A stretch of 64,000 bases of DNA, taken from the NCBI GenBank assembly GCA_976226885.1, contig OZ320316.1:81282001-81346000 (forward strand). The letters run 5' to 3'. The notes beneath the pieces are model-generated. The model was not told the DNA's origin and made no database searches. It saw only the letters and a program-made list of their open reading frames with translations. The stretch comes from Iphione sp. A-MEVVRFRX5 (lineage: Eukaryota). This document shows, one piece after another, positions 13,201 through 23,919 of the stretch (position 1 is the first letter of the stretch; the number at the start of each line of letters is the position of its first letter). A program made the position numbers and the translations under genes.

Positions 13201-15464
13201 AACAGTTTATAGCCTCGTGCTAGGACAGAGAACTTCAAGAATTTGCCCGTAGCATTGTCCATTGGCATTTTACCCCGAGGTCCCTTGTTTTTCCTTCATC
13301 CTCATGGATAAACTATTTAGGAAAGTTACTTTCATGGAGGCAAGCTATGCAATGTGTAGACAGGTATGTCTAGCAAGATATCCTCCCAACGGGCAAGAGA
13401 TATTAGATAATGATGCTATTTCTATATATGTTACATAAAAAAGGGCAGAAATGATTAGGGGTTTATGTTTTTTATAATAAATACTCAGATCATTCTATAT
13501 AATATTTTCTTTTATGGTAAAAGTCACAAAAATTGTAAAAATTCTTAACAAATCTACCCTGATCCATTTTATCTCAACACATCATTCATCCTTTCCATAG
13601 CGATTCCTACAGGCATCATTCATCCTACTTATGGTAATGGCTGTAGGTATCAATCGCCTCATTTGGGTTGATTTTGCTGGGAATTCTTATTTAGGTCGGC
13701 TGCATGACTTGTTTACCCTATACACAGTCTTTGTGGGTGTTTGTGCTCTCATTCAGTAGACCATAGAGGCTGGACAATGGTTGGAAGGTTCTTTTCTCAT
13801 TTATAGATCCATGTTCAAGTGTTAATGTGCGATGAAAAAAATGAATAATTGTCAAGATGCTGCCTTGTATTTATACATATTTTTATTAGGTATTATTGAA
13901 GAAGACCCCCATACCTCCCTTATTTCCCGTTTTTCTTGAATAAAAGACAGCTGTAGTCTAACCCCCACCAAAATCCAACATATTTTTTATAAATTAAAAG
14001 TATTTTTAAAGTCCACTATTTTTCATTACGTAATAGGGGGGAGACCCCGAACAAGCAATCTTTTTCAGATTCCAACAGTGTCAATCGCTTTTTACTTGTT
14101 TATAAACAAACAAACTTTATTTTCGTGCTTTTGATAATACATGTACAATGTTTTTTTCTATACAATGTTTGTTTTAACTTATTTTAAACCTCCACGGTAT
14201 TGCATCTTGCAAGTCAATTCTGTAGACTGAATGGACACATCGTTTAGTTGTGGGAGGGTACATGTACTTCTAAATAGACGCTTACTCACAATAGAGCGCT
14301 TGGGCGCGAAGTCCCATACATTCTACCATGTAAACTGCTCGACTCATAGTAATAATGGTGAAGGAAGGTTTTTCTTTGGTTGACAGTGATGTAGTGTTTT
14401 ACAATGTCTCGAGTTAATAAAGGATGAATAATGTTGGAGGTTACAAGTTCTTATTGCTAGAAAGAAGTTTATCGGGTCATGCCAATCCGATGTGTAAATA
14501 ACGCCTTATCATATCCTCAAACAATGCCTGGTGTGTGTTTCCTGTTCCCTGCGTCAGACGGAAACAGGGACTTACATACCGGCATTGTAATTTGATTCCG
14601 TCAGAATAGTAAGCCACCACAAAATGTATCAATGTAACCAAATAACCCTATTTGCGACCATACCTTGGTACCAAGATCAAATGGTCACATTAATGAATTT
14701 GGTCACCAATAGAGTATCAAATCCACTTGAGGTGGTCTTAAATTACATGTATAAAGAATGGTCGCAAATAGGATCGCCACTGTATCTGTTATTTACAGTA
14801 CTCTTGTTGTGGACTTCATGGTCCATCGGACTTCACTACCACACCCATGCGATTAAGCTGTTTCCAAAAACAGGTGGAGGAACAAGAACTGACACTGACA
14901 TCCTATCATGTAAATATGCACAAAATCTGCCTTCCTTGGATAAATATTCTCTAGATAGTCGATAGGATCACCATATTTCACTGGATTTATACTATGGAAT
15001 GCAAGAGCGTTTCTATCTTTCGTTCTAATTATATGCTCCCGTGGTGCACAATGACTTTACAACCATTCTGTTCAATTCAGGATGGATGCAGGGCCAAGTT
15101 AGAGGAGAATTTCAGGGGCGTGTGGATAGCTTCTATTGCGATAGTTGGCATAGGAACCTGCCTTCTGGTAAGCATTTGTATTTCTATCATAATATCAGCA
15201 CAACAATTCTGATGGAATACATTGCTTCAAAGTATCGATATAGATTTACTAGCTTGAACATATGAGCATAACTGCATAATATCACAGGCACTTATTTCCT
15301 TTTTTCCTTAGGTCGTTATTCTTCTGGGCGCAACATTGTTTGAAAACTTTCTACAACATCAGAAAAAAGAGGCCGACGCTCACTCCAAAAAGGTGGAAAA
15401 TATCATGGCCTCAATTATCAAGAAAAACAAACCCATCAAGGTTTTGGTCAAACCGGCATCATAG
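7256..15464 (+). CDS. Divergent tetraspanin (about 289 aa, 10 coding exons)
   Basis: Exons 7256-7312, 7620-7700, 8037-8085, 8372-8424, 11919-11993, 12160-12211 (donor uncertain), 12499-12650, 14799-14909, 15081-15167 and 15312-15464 join in frame. The product has TM1 (MDRVACYRWIILIDSVLLW|MTAVGVL), TM2 (IFGAILFLAGFAGNCG), TM3 (TLVFSSVGIVTGLALVAYLSLVLYY), the EC2 signature IDEIQEK|YSCCG...SC...DGC, and TM4 (VWIASIAIVGIGTCLLVVILLGA). The CCG motif, the later GC and four TM helices define the family. Confidence 0.85.
9576..10260 (-). mobile_element. 5'-truncated LINE (CR1/L2-like RT C-terminus) in tetraspanin intron 4, antisense
   Basis: ORF 9655-10254 has LINE RT C-terminal motifs (LLGYTFDENLSY...IRRQASQKTYLLRK...LFKSFI...KSFFYKG...RNALP...LKQKL). 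It is followed on the minus strand by AATAAA and a short (ATCAA)n tandem tail. Confidence 0.85.
10742..10850. repeat. Combined direct and inverted repeat (GATGATGCCTGAAGGCATTC twice, then its reverse complement)
   Basis: GATGATGCCTGAAGGCATTCCCA occurs at about 10744 and 10778. GAATGCCTTCAGGCATCAT occurs at about 10832. Confidence 0.75.
11410..11610. repeat. ~51-bp tandem repeat, about 4 copies
   Basis: The unit GAAGGAATTCTGCCC(A/G)AATC...GCAAGTTTTTT recurs four times. Confidence 0.8.
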
Positions 15465-16329
15465 AACTCCTACTACATTTCTCGGACAACAAATGAGTAA
15501 AATTGCTTTTGCAAAGCAGAATTTTAATAATTTCTCTATCATTATTGTTAACATTGTTTATTTCTAGTAATAGTGGTACATGTATTTGTAACAAGGTATA
15601 GTAAACACACTCTATCAATTTAATTCCTTACAGCATAACATCTTAGTACAGATAATATTAAATAATACAATGAGCTTTAAATATAAGCCATGGATTACAT
15701 AACCTCACAATAATGGCAGCACCTAGTTTGATTCATTGATTTCCAAATGCTGACAACTAAGATAACTGGTTGCCCACTTCTCAGGCCACAAATATTATAA
15801 TTGTCTACCGGTTTAATATATTTCTAAATAAAATTGAAGTCAATTCTACCAAATTCCTTGGAAGGTCTAATGGATACAATAGGGACGATGTCGAATTCCA
15901 GCCATCCTGCAACATAACTTGTTTGTTTTCACGTTGTAGTTTCCAAGTAACGTTTAACATTCAATATTTATTTGTTTATATATATATCATTGAAGACCTT
16001 CCCGTCTTCTTATATGTCATAATATTCTTCTTAAGTGTCATATTTTAAGGACCATGTCCAGCTTGTATGGTCAGCAAACCAGGCATAAATTATTATGCAT
16101 AAATCAGGAACTATTATGCATAAATCAGGAACTATTGCTTCCTAGGATCACATCCTGTTTGTACCCAAGGGACAAAGAAATTTGAGATGATTCTTTTACT
16201 TCTCCTTTTGCTTTTCCGTAATGACTGCATTTGCTTATGGGTATAATGTGTTTCTACTAAGAAATTTGTTGAAATTTATAAATTAATGTACTTCTAAAGG
16301 CCTCTTTCCTTGGCCAGTATACCATAATT

Positions 16330-16620
16330 TGTTTTCGCATTTGTTAACGTGTAGGTCATCTGGTGACAGGTAATCCCCACGTAGGTCTAATCAAAGTATT
16401 ATGGACATAACCTAGTCTTTATATTATAGATTCTCTGATTCCCTGCATTTCTTCCTCTGTCTCCTGTCTAGTAGGAGGAGGATCCGGCAGAAAGCACATT
16501 TTATATATCCTTCTTCTCAAAGTAACCATGTTTTCATGATACATTCCCTTTGGAACTGACAAATATGTACTGAAATCTTAAATTGGGAGTAGCATAGATC
16601 GTAATAGAATCAATGCATTT
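16330..16620 (-). mobile_element. Possible degenerate SGNH-esterase (LINE ORF1-like) fragment
   Basis: Minus-strand translation gives DLRGDYLSPDDLHVNK, resembling the SGNH DxxH motif (DGLHLN), and CFLPDPPPTRQE...IRESII. Many stops are present. Confidence 0.3.
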
Positions 16621-17074
16621 TTAACATCCAGATATTTTCTGATAACACTAAAATGACAACCTTCCATATTCTTTAGCAATCAAATTTTTCAAGTTGGCAT
16701 CCTGTCTAAGACTGCTACTCAGAGTCAAACCTAAAGACAGTTGATACTCAAAAAACTGAATCATCGCTGTTTCAAGTGATTTCGTTCGGATTTTGGGTAA
16801 TTCAGATTTCAAATAGTGGCCTAAGGCCACTGTTGCTTAAAAGTGATCAAGTGTGGCCCTAGGCCCTTATTGTTTAAATGGGAACCTGCATCTAATCTAA
16901 ACTTAAAGTAATAATAGCATCCATTTGGTTATGTATACCTAGAAATAGAAAAACGCATGTAATTAATGTGAACTATTAAACTTGAATTTATGGAGCAATT
17001 ACCTCTCTTCAGTGAGTAGCTATCCCTTTGATATGTTCGTTTTCTAGTGTAATTTCAATGATTTCTTACAAAAT

Positions 17075-17212
17075 AAGAGTGTTCAGATTCGGAAATGGAG
17101 TATTTAGGTAATCTGAGTATGTATATAGAACAACACAGTTGGTTTTAGCACAAAACGTTCGTATTTGGGAAAATTTGGTTTTTGAGTGTTCGGTTTTTGA
17201 GTACCCTCTGTA
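17075..17212 (-). mobile_element. Partial copy of the TA-CAG MITE family (see 31501 and 52689)
   Basis: The reverse complement reads TACAGAGGGTACTCAAAAACCGAACACTCAAAAACCAAATTTTCCC, matching the left ends of the other two copies. Confidence 0.7.
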
Positions 17213-17249
17213 TTTTAATTGGTTCACCTGGTCTAATATATCTCCTTTA

Positions 17250-18000
17250 TATTTTATTTTTAAGTGAATTCTAATTCATAATTTGTAATATACAAAAGAT
17301 AACTCTTTGCACATGTTCAATGTCTGAGGGGAGTCCATTTTTTAATCTTTATTTATTCTGGAACATTATACATTTTTGTATTTACATACAGATTCTAACC
17401 GAAATTACCTTTTCTGATTATGATATGATGTGATAATGTCATGAAATGGAACTGCTTCTACCAATCCATCTTCAGGCATAGTTGTATCCTTTTCTATATA
17501 CAGCCTATTTGTTTGTTGTGGCGGCATAGCCCCATACATTGACATCTAGTAAAGAATTCTTAGTTGTTTGACAGCGGCTTTGCCCCATGCCTTGTCTACT
17601 TGTATCTCTTACCAATACAATAACCATGTATAACAGGATATTAACATATTTTCAATGTAATCAAAAGCTATGTGTTAAATAAAGCAACAACGAACCCTTT
17701 GCCATTGCATCCGGGAATTCGCTAATGCTGGAAACACTCCTTTTTCTTTGTACAGAGTGTGCATCAGTTATTTCTCGTATGTTGAAGAAAATAAATACAG
17801 TCATAAAATTGGTGTAAATTGGATTGCTTTGTTCTTTGTTATGTCATTATTATTGTAAACCGTATGAAACAGAGAGTGTCCGGCTACATTTAAGAATGAA
17901 TTAAACATTAGTAATGGGGATAGCGTTACAAAATTTCCATTCAGCCCGAGAGGCGTCATCGCAAAGCAGCAGTCAAGTCCTTGGCAATTCTGTGCCGTAA
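17250..18000 (-). mobile_element. Highly degraded LINE RT remnant
   Basis: Minus-strand fragments WKFCNAIPI (WK.A.V.PI), LLLYLTHSFDYIENMLI (FLDFSKAFD-like) and SDIEHVQRV (IE.VQR-like) occur in the expected order. Many stops and frameshifts. Confidence 0.45.
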
Positions 18001-21000
18001 ATGGAAAGGAGAAGTGAAAGCCTTAAGGGTAAAATCAAACAGCTTAGCTGTAGTGCATTCTAGTATACCTTTGTTTTGATTACTGTGTTTCAAATACCTG
18101 CCAAGAGTTTAGTTTGGTGTTAACCTGGCCGAGACACATCTATAACAGTCCATTAGGAATAGAAAGGGGCTGATGCGAACAAAAGTGGCAGTAGAGACCA
18201 TGGAGGTCAGGGTTTTAACACCAATGACTAAGTGATATAAAGCATTTTTTATACGGCTAAGTATACTGGAATCATAATTTTCATAATTGTAGCTTCTTTT
18301 CCGATATGGTTAGTAATTTATAGTGTATATTTCAACCACTTTATTGCTTGGATGAAGAAAATGTAATACCTTCTGTCTATAAGGTTATTCCCGATTAAAT
18401 GGTTCAGTTTGTTGCTGATACACCTGATTGAAGGTCATGGCCATGGTGCTGGTTCGCAATAATTACTTAAAATGGAAACTACCAGTAACGGTGTATGGCA
18501 TCTCACATTTGTCTTTCCCTTTCTATTTCACCTAAGATTATGTTGCATTTTCACTAAAAAAAACATTTAGCAACTAGGATTGTTTGCTTTGAATTGACTT
18601 TTTCTTGCAATCTGGAACCTCCTGCTGATTCTAATTGTTTTTGTCTGTTCGTTAATGCTCCAAACTCCAAAGACAGCAAATTATATTTGAATGCATTGTA
18701 TACAGATAGCTTCTTAGAGTGGTGCATAATTTACACCAAAGGTACAAATATTATGATTTGCTGCTCATGGTTTAACAGACGATATTATATCGCTCCCTTA
18801 GGAGCCTTGCAGTCCCTTAAATAAAGCCAGAGGAACCTTTTTAAGGGCAGGGTCGGCTTACGTCGGAGGGTGTTCTAGAAGGCCCTTAAAACGGTTACAC
18901 GGGTAAGGGGGCTGAGTCAATAGCGAATAAACATAGCACACTGGAGTTAGTACTGATGTTGGAGCTGATTTAGCCTCTTCTTAGCAGAATGGATCTCTGT
19001 GAAAAACAACAAGGGTGAAGTGGCTCGGCGATTCAAAGAGGGCCCCTGGGTTGGAAGGACCCCCCATCCCGTGAACATCCGCAACTGTTCGTCAACACAA
19101 GCATCCTAACAAATGAAAATCAGCCTTGAATAGTTGCGAAACCAACGCAGAAAGTACAAGAATCTAATGGAATAAAAAAAGTTTGAAATGGTGCAAGTCT
19201 GTATGCACATGTATTACATGTTCTAATCATTACATACCCATACGTAACATATACATGTGTATACATTTAGCTCTCTTATTTAGTTTAAACACAGCTATCG
19301 CGCATATACCTAGGACCCTATCACGTGTAGAATATGTGTACATGGACAACAAAATAGTTCATATAAATTTTGAAACAAGATCCCCAAATGCTTTTACATT
19401 TGCATAATTTCTTTATATAGAGTCCATCAGTCTCACAACTACAAGGGGTCAGGCAGGTGTGTGCGCAGATTACCCTCGGCCGCCACGTGCCTTCTCTAGC
19501 ACTGGGCTGCCGCTGCCATCCATGCTACTATAGCAACCTCTGTTTGGCTCTCACATCACTCGGGCGCGAGTGAATTCCGTCAATACGAGCGACAAAACGG
19601 GACAGACCAGAAACTGTAACCGCTCGTAGCTCTTGGAAAGACCCAGCCACAACTGGTGTTAGCCAGCCGCTGGGTGTGACATTGCTTTGCGTTGGGGTAG
19701 GGACGACAGGAGGCGGGAGGGTGTGGCACGGGTGGACTCGTAACGGCCACTTCTGATGTCAAACAAGAGCCTTTGGTATACACAGGTAAGTTAAATAGGA
19801 ACGAATCACACGGTTCCTGGGTACTCAGATGTCCAAAATTATTCTGATCTTTAAACAATATTATATGCACTCTCGTTCGAATACTTAGGCAAACAATGTG
19901 TATATGTAAATGCGGGTCGCTCATCCAAGCCAAATATTTATTTTTGAAATACAAGCGTTCAGGTAAATGCTGCAAACTTTGGGGATAGACTTCCACTACC
20001 ATCCTCTTAGATGTGTTCGTGCTCAGGTGTTTCCTCATAGCTGGCGGCACTTGAAGAATTACAAGAGGGAAAAAGCCCACCTAATCCCAAGGGATCGTCG
20101 CTTATTGACGGTTGAGGGGAAGAAACCACATTACCGGGTGGGAACAGGTCCCTCTCTTTCCTCGTGTTGACGGTTTTACCTACATGATTAATAATTGAGA
20201 GGTCTGTGTCCTTGCAGCCACAGGCTCCTGAGTTGGGGGATCGATGACACGGTGGCCAACGGAGAACGCTCGGTCGGTGGTCGTTGGACGGCGGTGAGGC
20301 GCCCCATCTGTTAACGGCACTCCAAGGACTGGCCTCTGTGTGGTCAGACGTAACCACGCAGGACGGGGCGAGACGACTTTCGCGTCCATTCAAGTCTTCG
20401 CCAGCTCAAGACCTTCGGCATCTCCGAAACGATAAAATTTCCAAGAACAGAAGACCACGATTGCCCAGGCTATTCCTAGAAGTACATGTACAGATACAGT
20501 GCGGCGACTAAGTGCACGTTACTTACTCGACCGCTTAGGGAGGATGTGTGAGTACCGGTGGAAATACTCCAGTTGAGAGAGGTTGAAACGATTATTCTCC
20601 TCATATGACTGCAAAAAGTAGGTATTGCTTCGTCTTACATAAGCAGACATTATGAAACACGCGCTGAGCGCCATCCAAACCACAGTCTGTATTATTGCTG
20701 GACTCTAACACGTTTCGATCGACAAGACAATAACTTCTGTTACCACATTGCATAAATGGAACAAGGATCAGTTTAATTGATTTTCAAGGCATATGACACA
20801 TATGCAATGAAGTAAAGAGGTTAAAACCTATCAAGAACAATCCGCAGAGATATTTAAGGATAATATTGTCGTGCCGTTTGAATCGTTCTTTATTTTGGGC
20901 CCAAAAAAAATGTTCAGAAAATTTGCTCGTATTTTCAAGAAGACACTTATATTGAACATACACATTGATCTGAAATGCACTTTTCCAAGTTACTTCTAAA

Positions 21001-21026
21001 CAGACTGACTACATACTTTGTGACAG

Positions 21027-21271
21027 GGATCTGCCGGAGCTCCGAAATTCCCCTCAGCCCTATGTACGTATGAGAGCGTTAGGTACGAGCCATGGGTTAA
21101 TCCGATGGACAGTCAATCCCGGCCACCCTCCGAAATGGTGGTACCGACTGCGGATTCCACCCCTACCACACCGGGTCAGGCACTGTTAATAGAGACCAGA
21201 CTGAGTCGTAAACACCGTAGTCTCAGGAGATCCCCGAAACAAGCGTTATGTACGACGTTAATCTCGCCAAT
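21027..21271 (+). CDS. Candidate upstream exon of the TMEM200-like gene (ATG at 21105), possibly 5' UTR
   Basis: Acceptor TTTGTGACAG and donor GTAAGC enclose 81 open codons. The exon ends in phase 2, matching the phase-2 acceptor at 22184/22185 that opens the long TMEM200-like frame. Confidence 0.4.
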
Positions 21272-22236
21272 GTAAGCAATACTTTTCGTTTCGTCCCGTC
21301 AGTGGTCCGTCAGAGATGGCTATGAGCAGACATACGGGCCCCTGAGATACTACACCTACGATGTAAGCATTCTATTCCACTGTATGTGCGGAGATTAAAT
21401 TATTCAAAAGAGGAAATTACTACACCAGGCGTTGTCAACAAATAGAACAGGAGATTGAGTCATAGGAGATTTGAAACGGATTTAAGCCGGGCATATTTTA
21501 CAAGTGGGTATTATGTGACAACGTATGAGTTGCCGAAATTATGCTTGGTACTTTTTTTAGAGCTGTTAAGTTTTATTTCGACTGGAGCTTTCTATTGAAT
21601 CAAGTTTTAATTACTCCTATGCCTTTTGCTTGGATACTGTATGCAGACACAGTAATTGACACAGCATGTAAATATTACCGATTCCTGTAGGTCAAACATG
21701 GACTTGGAAATGGAGCTTTCCTCAGCTGGCATATTTCCACTAAAAATTCTAAGCCAAGGCACAGCGCTGAACAGAAAAAAACGACACTGATTGCACTCGT
21801 CTGTTAACTACACGTATTTGCACGTGTAATATATACTGCATAAACACTAAATGGAATACATCAATATGTAGAGAGCGAGAGGTGCACAATACACAGCTGA
21901 TGTTTAGTTGTAGTTCAAACTGACGACTTTCGTGCCATCTGGCTGACGTGGACAATGGCACATACTACTTATGCCTTTTAACAAAAATATATTGATTGCA
22001 TCACCAGCCCGCCGCTTTATGGTTACCGCTGTGGGAGATTTGGAAATGACCTAGAGATATTCAGAACTCATAGCATCAGTAGAAGGGATATAGTGTTTAC
22101 TATAATCCTTCCTTTCTTTACAAGAATGTTTTTTCTCCTATAAGCACATGGAAAAATAACGCCTGACTTTTTTTTCGGTGTCAGTGTGAAAGTTAAGCTT
22201 CTGGAGTGCAAAGAAGGGTCCCAAAATCTGAAAAAG

Positions 22237-23919
22237 ATGTCGGTTGCCAGACCAGGTCTTTCTGGGCGGGGAACATCTAAATACCGAACTTCCGGTAAAA
22301 GGAAAGACGAAGAAAAGGACCCAAAGCGGAGGTTTCGCTTCTATATACCTTTCATGTGGGGTACATGCATCGGCATGTTCGTCGGAATGGCAGTCCTTGC
22401 AGGAGGTGCAGCAATGGTTACAGTTGGCTACTACGCAGACCACTTCGCCACAACTAACACAACCAATGGTACCCAGGTGACAACCTCCATCAAGGACCGC
22501 ACCCTTTTCTATCACCTCACAAACCTAACATTCGTTGGGCCCATCTTTATGGGCATCGGCTGCTTTGTGATAGTGGTCGCCTGTGTAGTCGTGCTGGAGA
22601 CACGCGACCGGGTCGTCCAGAAGATGCTCTCCGACCATTCAAAGCATGTGCCAAAGAAACCAGATTTCTACGACCTAATAATCGACCAGATGAAGACCCC
22701 TGGAGACGAGAACGAACCTCAAGGCAGGGACAATGATGGATTTGAGGCGGATGACGATGGGCCAGGCCAGAGGGACGTCCCGACCGAGATACTGGACAGC
22801 CCCCGACGGGCTCTAAAAGTGCGCTACTCGCAGTCAAGTATCAGTCGCGCACTTAAGAAGATCCCAATGGAAATATTCGCCATCAACATGGATAATGTGG
22901 ATGGTCAACCTTCACTGCTCCCCATTAGGCTGGAAGAACCCCCCGGTCGGGTACATACATTGCCCCCTCTTGACCGGGCCCACACTCATCCGTCCATCGC
23001 CGAGTTAGAAATGTCCCTGCGTCAGCGAAATTCGACCCCAGAGCCCGTACGTCGTAATGGTGACCGCTCGGTGGTCACTACCCGGACCCACAAGTTCCAT
23101 CTTGTAGAGCCTCCAAGGGCGCTTTACATGGACGACGGCGATGACAACGATCTGTTGGGTCTGGAAGAGCCACGGGTATATGACCATCAGTGGCATGCTA
23201 CGCATGGAGCTTCTACAACCATGGAAGATTCGCTGGGACAAGACAATGGCAATTCCATTTCACAGATCGCTAGTGGACAAATTCGAAAAGACGGCAACCA
23301 GACTGATGTATTAGTCATGATTCATGAGCCTTCCCCATCACATGGGGAAGACAATGCCAGTCTTCCCTCAAGCAAGGAGGATCAGTTCGTCGAGTGCTTC
23401 TTTGAGTCAGATTCCTCTGTGGTCGGCGAGCTCACACCGATAGCAAAGAGGAGGGACTTCCTAAACACCGTTGGTGTCGGTGGACTCAGATCTAGGGCCA
23501 CCCATCCGCCGCCACAGCTTCTCAAGGAAGATAGCCGGGCGAGCCTTTCGGCCATTACAACGACTATGGCAGCAAATATATCAATAGAATCTTCCAACTC
23601 CGACGATGACTCGCTGCATCTTACGGATGATATGATGCGGAACTTTGACATGTCGGCAGCCGACTCGCTCGACCCTTCGTGTCCCGGTACAGCTGAGATT
23701 TCCTTCGCATCTGAGACAACAGCCAACACTCTGAACTCGGCCCCCGCAACAGCTGAGGTCTCTTTCGCCTCTCTGACAACGGCAAACACACTGGACACTT
23801 CCACAAATTCCCGACCATTAACACCTGAAGTACCTTTAGACGGTACAGTAAATACAAGACGGCGAATTGCTGGTGTGTCACCAAATGCCGACAACGTTCC
23901 AGAGGACCTTTTTCACTAA
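22237..23919 (+). CDS. TMEM200: TMEM200 / DUF2371-family two-TM membrane protein with a long acidic, Ser/Thr-rich C-terminal tail (560 aa from ATG 22237)
   Basis: Uninterrupted 577-codon frame. The segment GMAVLAGGAAMVTVGYY...LTFVGPIFMGIGCFVIVVACVVVLETRD matches the TMEM200 pattern (G..MAV.GYW...LGP..MGIGIF.FI.AN..LHENRD). A splice acceptor lies at 22184, and a large coding exon is typical of the family. Confidence 0.85.
   Translation: MSVARPGLSGRGTSKYRTSGKRKDEEKDPKRRFRFYIPFMWGTCIGMFVGMAVLAGGAAMVTVGYYADHFATTNTTNGTQVTTSIKDRTLFYHLTNLTFVGPIFMGIGCFVIVVACVVVLETRDRVVQKMLSDHSKHVPKKPDFYDLIIDQMKTPGDENEPQGRDNDGFEADDDGPGQRDVPTEILDSPRRALKVRYSQSSISRALKKIPMEIFAINMDNVDGQPSLLPIRLEEPPGRVHTLPPLDRAHTHPSIAELEMSLRQRNSTPEPVRRNGDRSVVTTRTHKFHLVEPPRALYMDDGDDNDLLGLEEPRVYDHQWHATHGASTTMEDSLGQDNGNSISQIASGQIRKDGNQTDVLVMIHEPSPSHGEDNASLPSSKEDQFVECFFESDSSVVGELTPIAKRRDFLNTVGVGGLRSRATHPPPQLLKEDSRASLSAITTTMAANISIESSNSDDDSLHLTDDMMRNFDMSAADSLDPSCPGTAEISFASETTANTLNSAPATAEVSFASLTTANTLDTSTNSRPLTPEVPLDGTVNTRRRIAGVSPNADNVPEDLFH

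Noticed and set aside
13601-13760. Hydrophobic open frame in tetraspanin intron 7
   Set aside because: All four TM helices are already accounted for, and it does not fit between DEIQEK and YSCCG.
22138-23894. Antisense and alternative-frame ORFs overlapping TMEM200 (22138-22515, 22547-22837, 23005-23241, 23382-23894)
   Set aside because: They are shadow ORFs of a GC-rich coding exon with no independent features.
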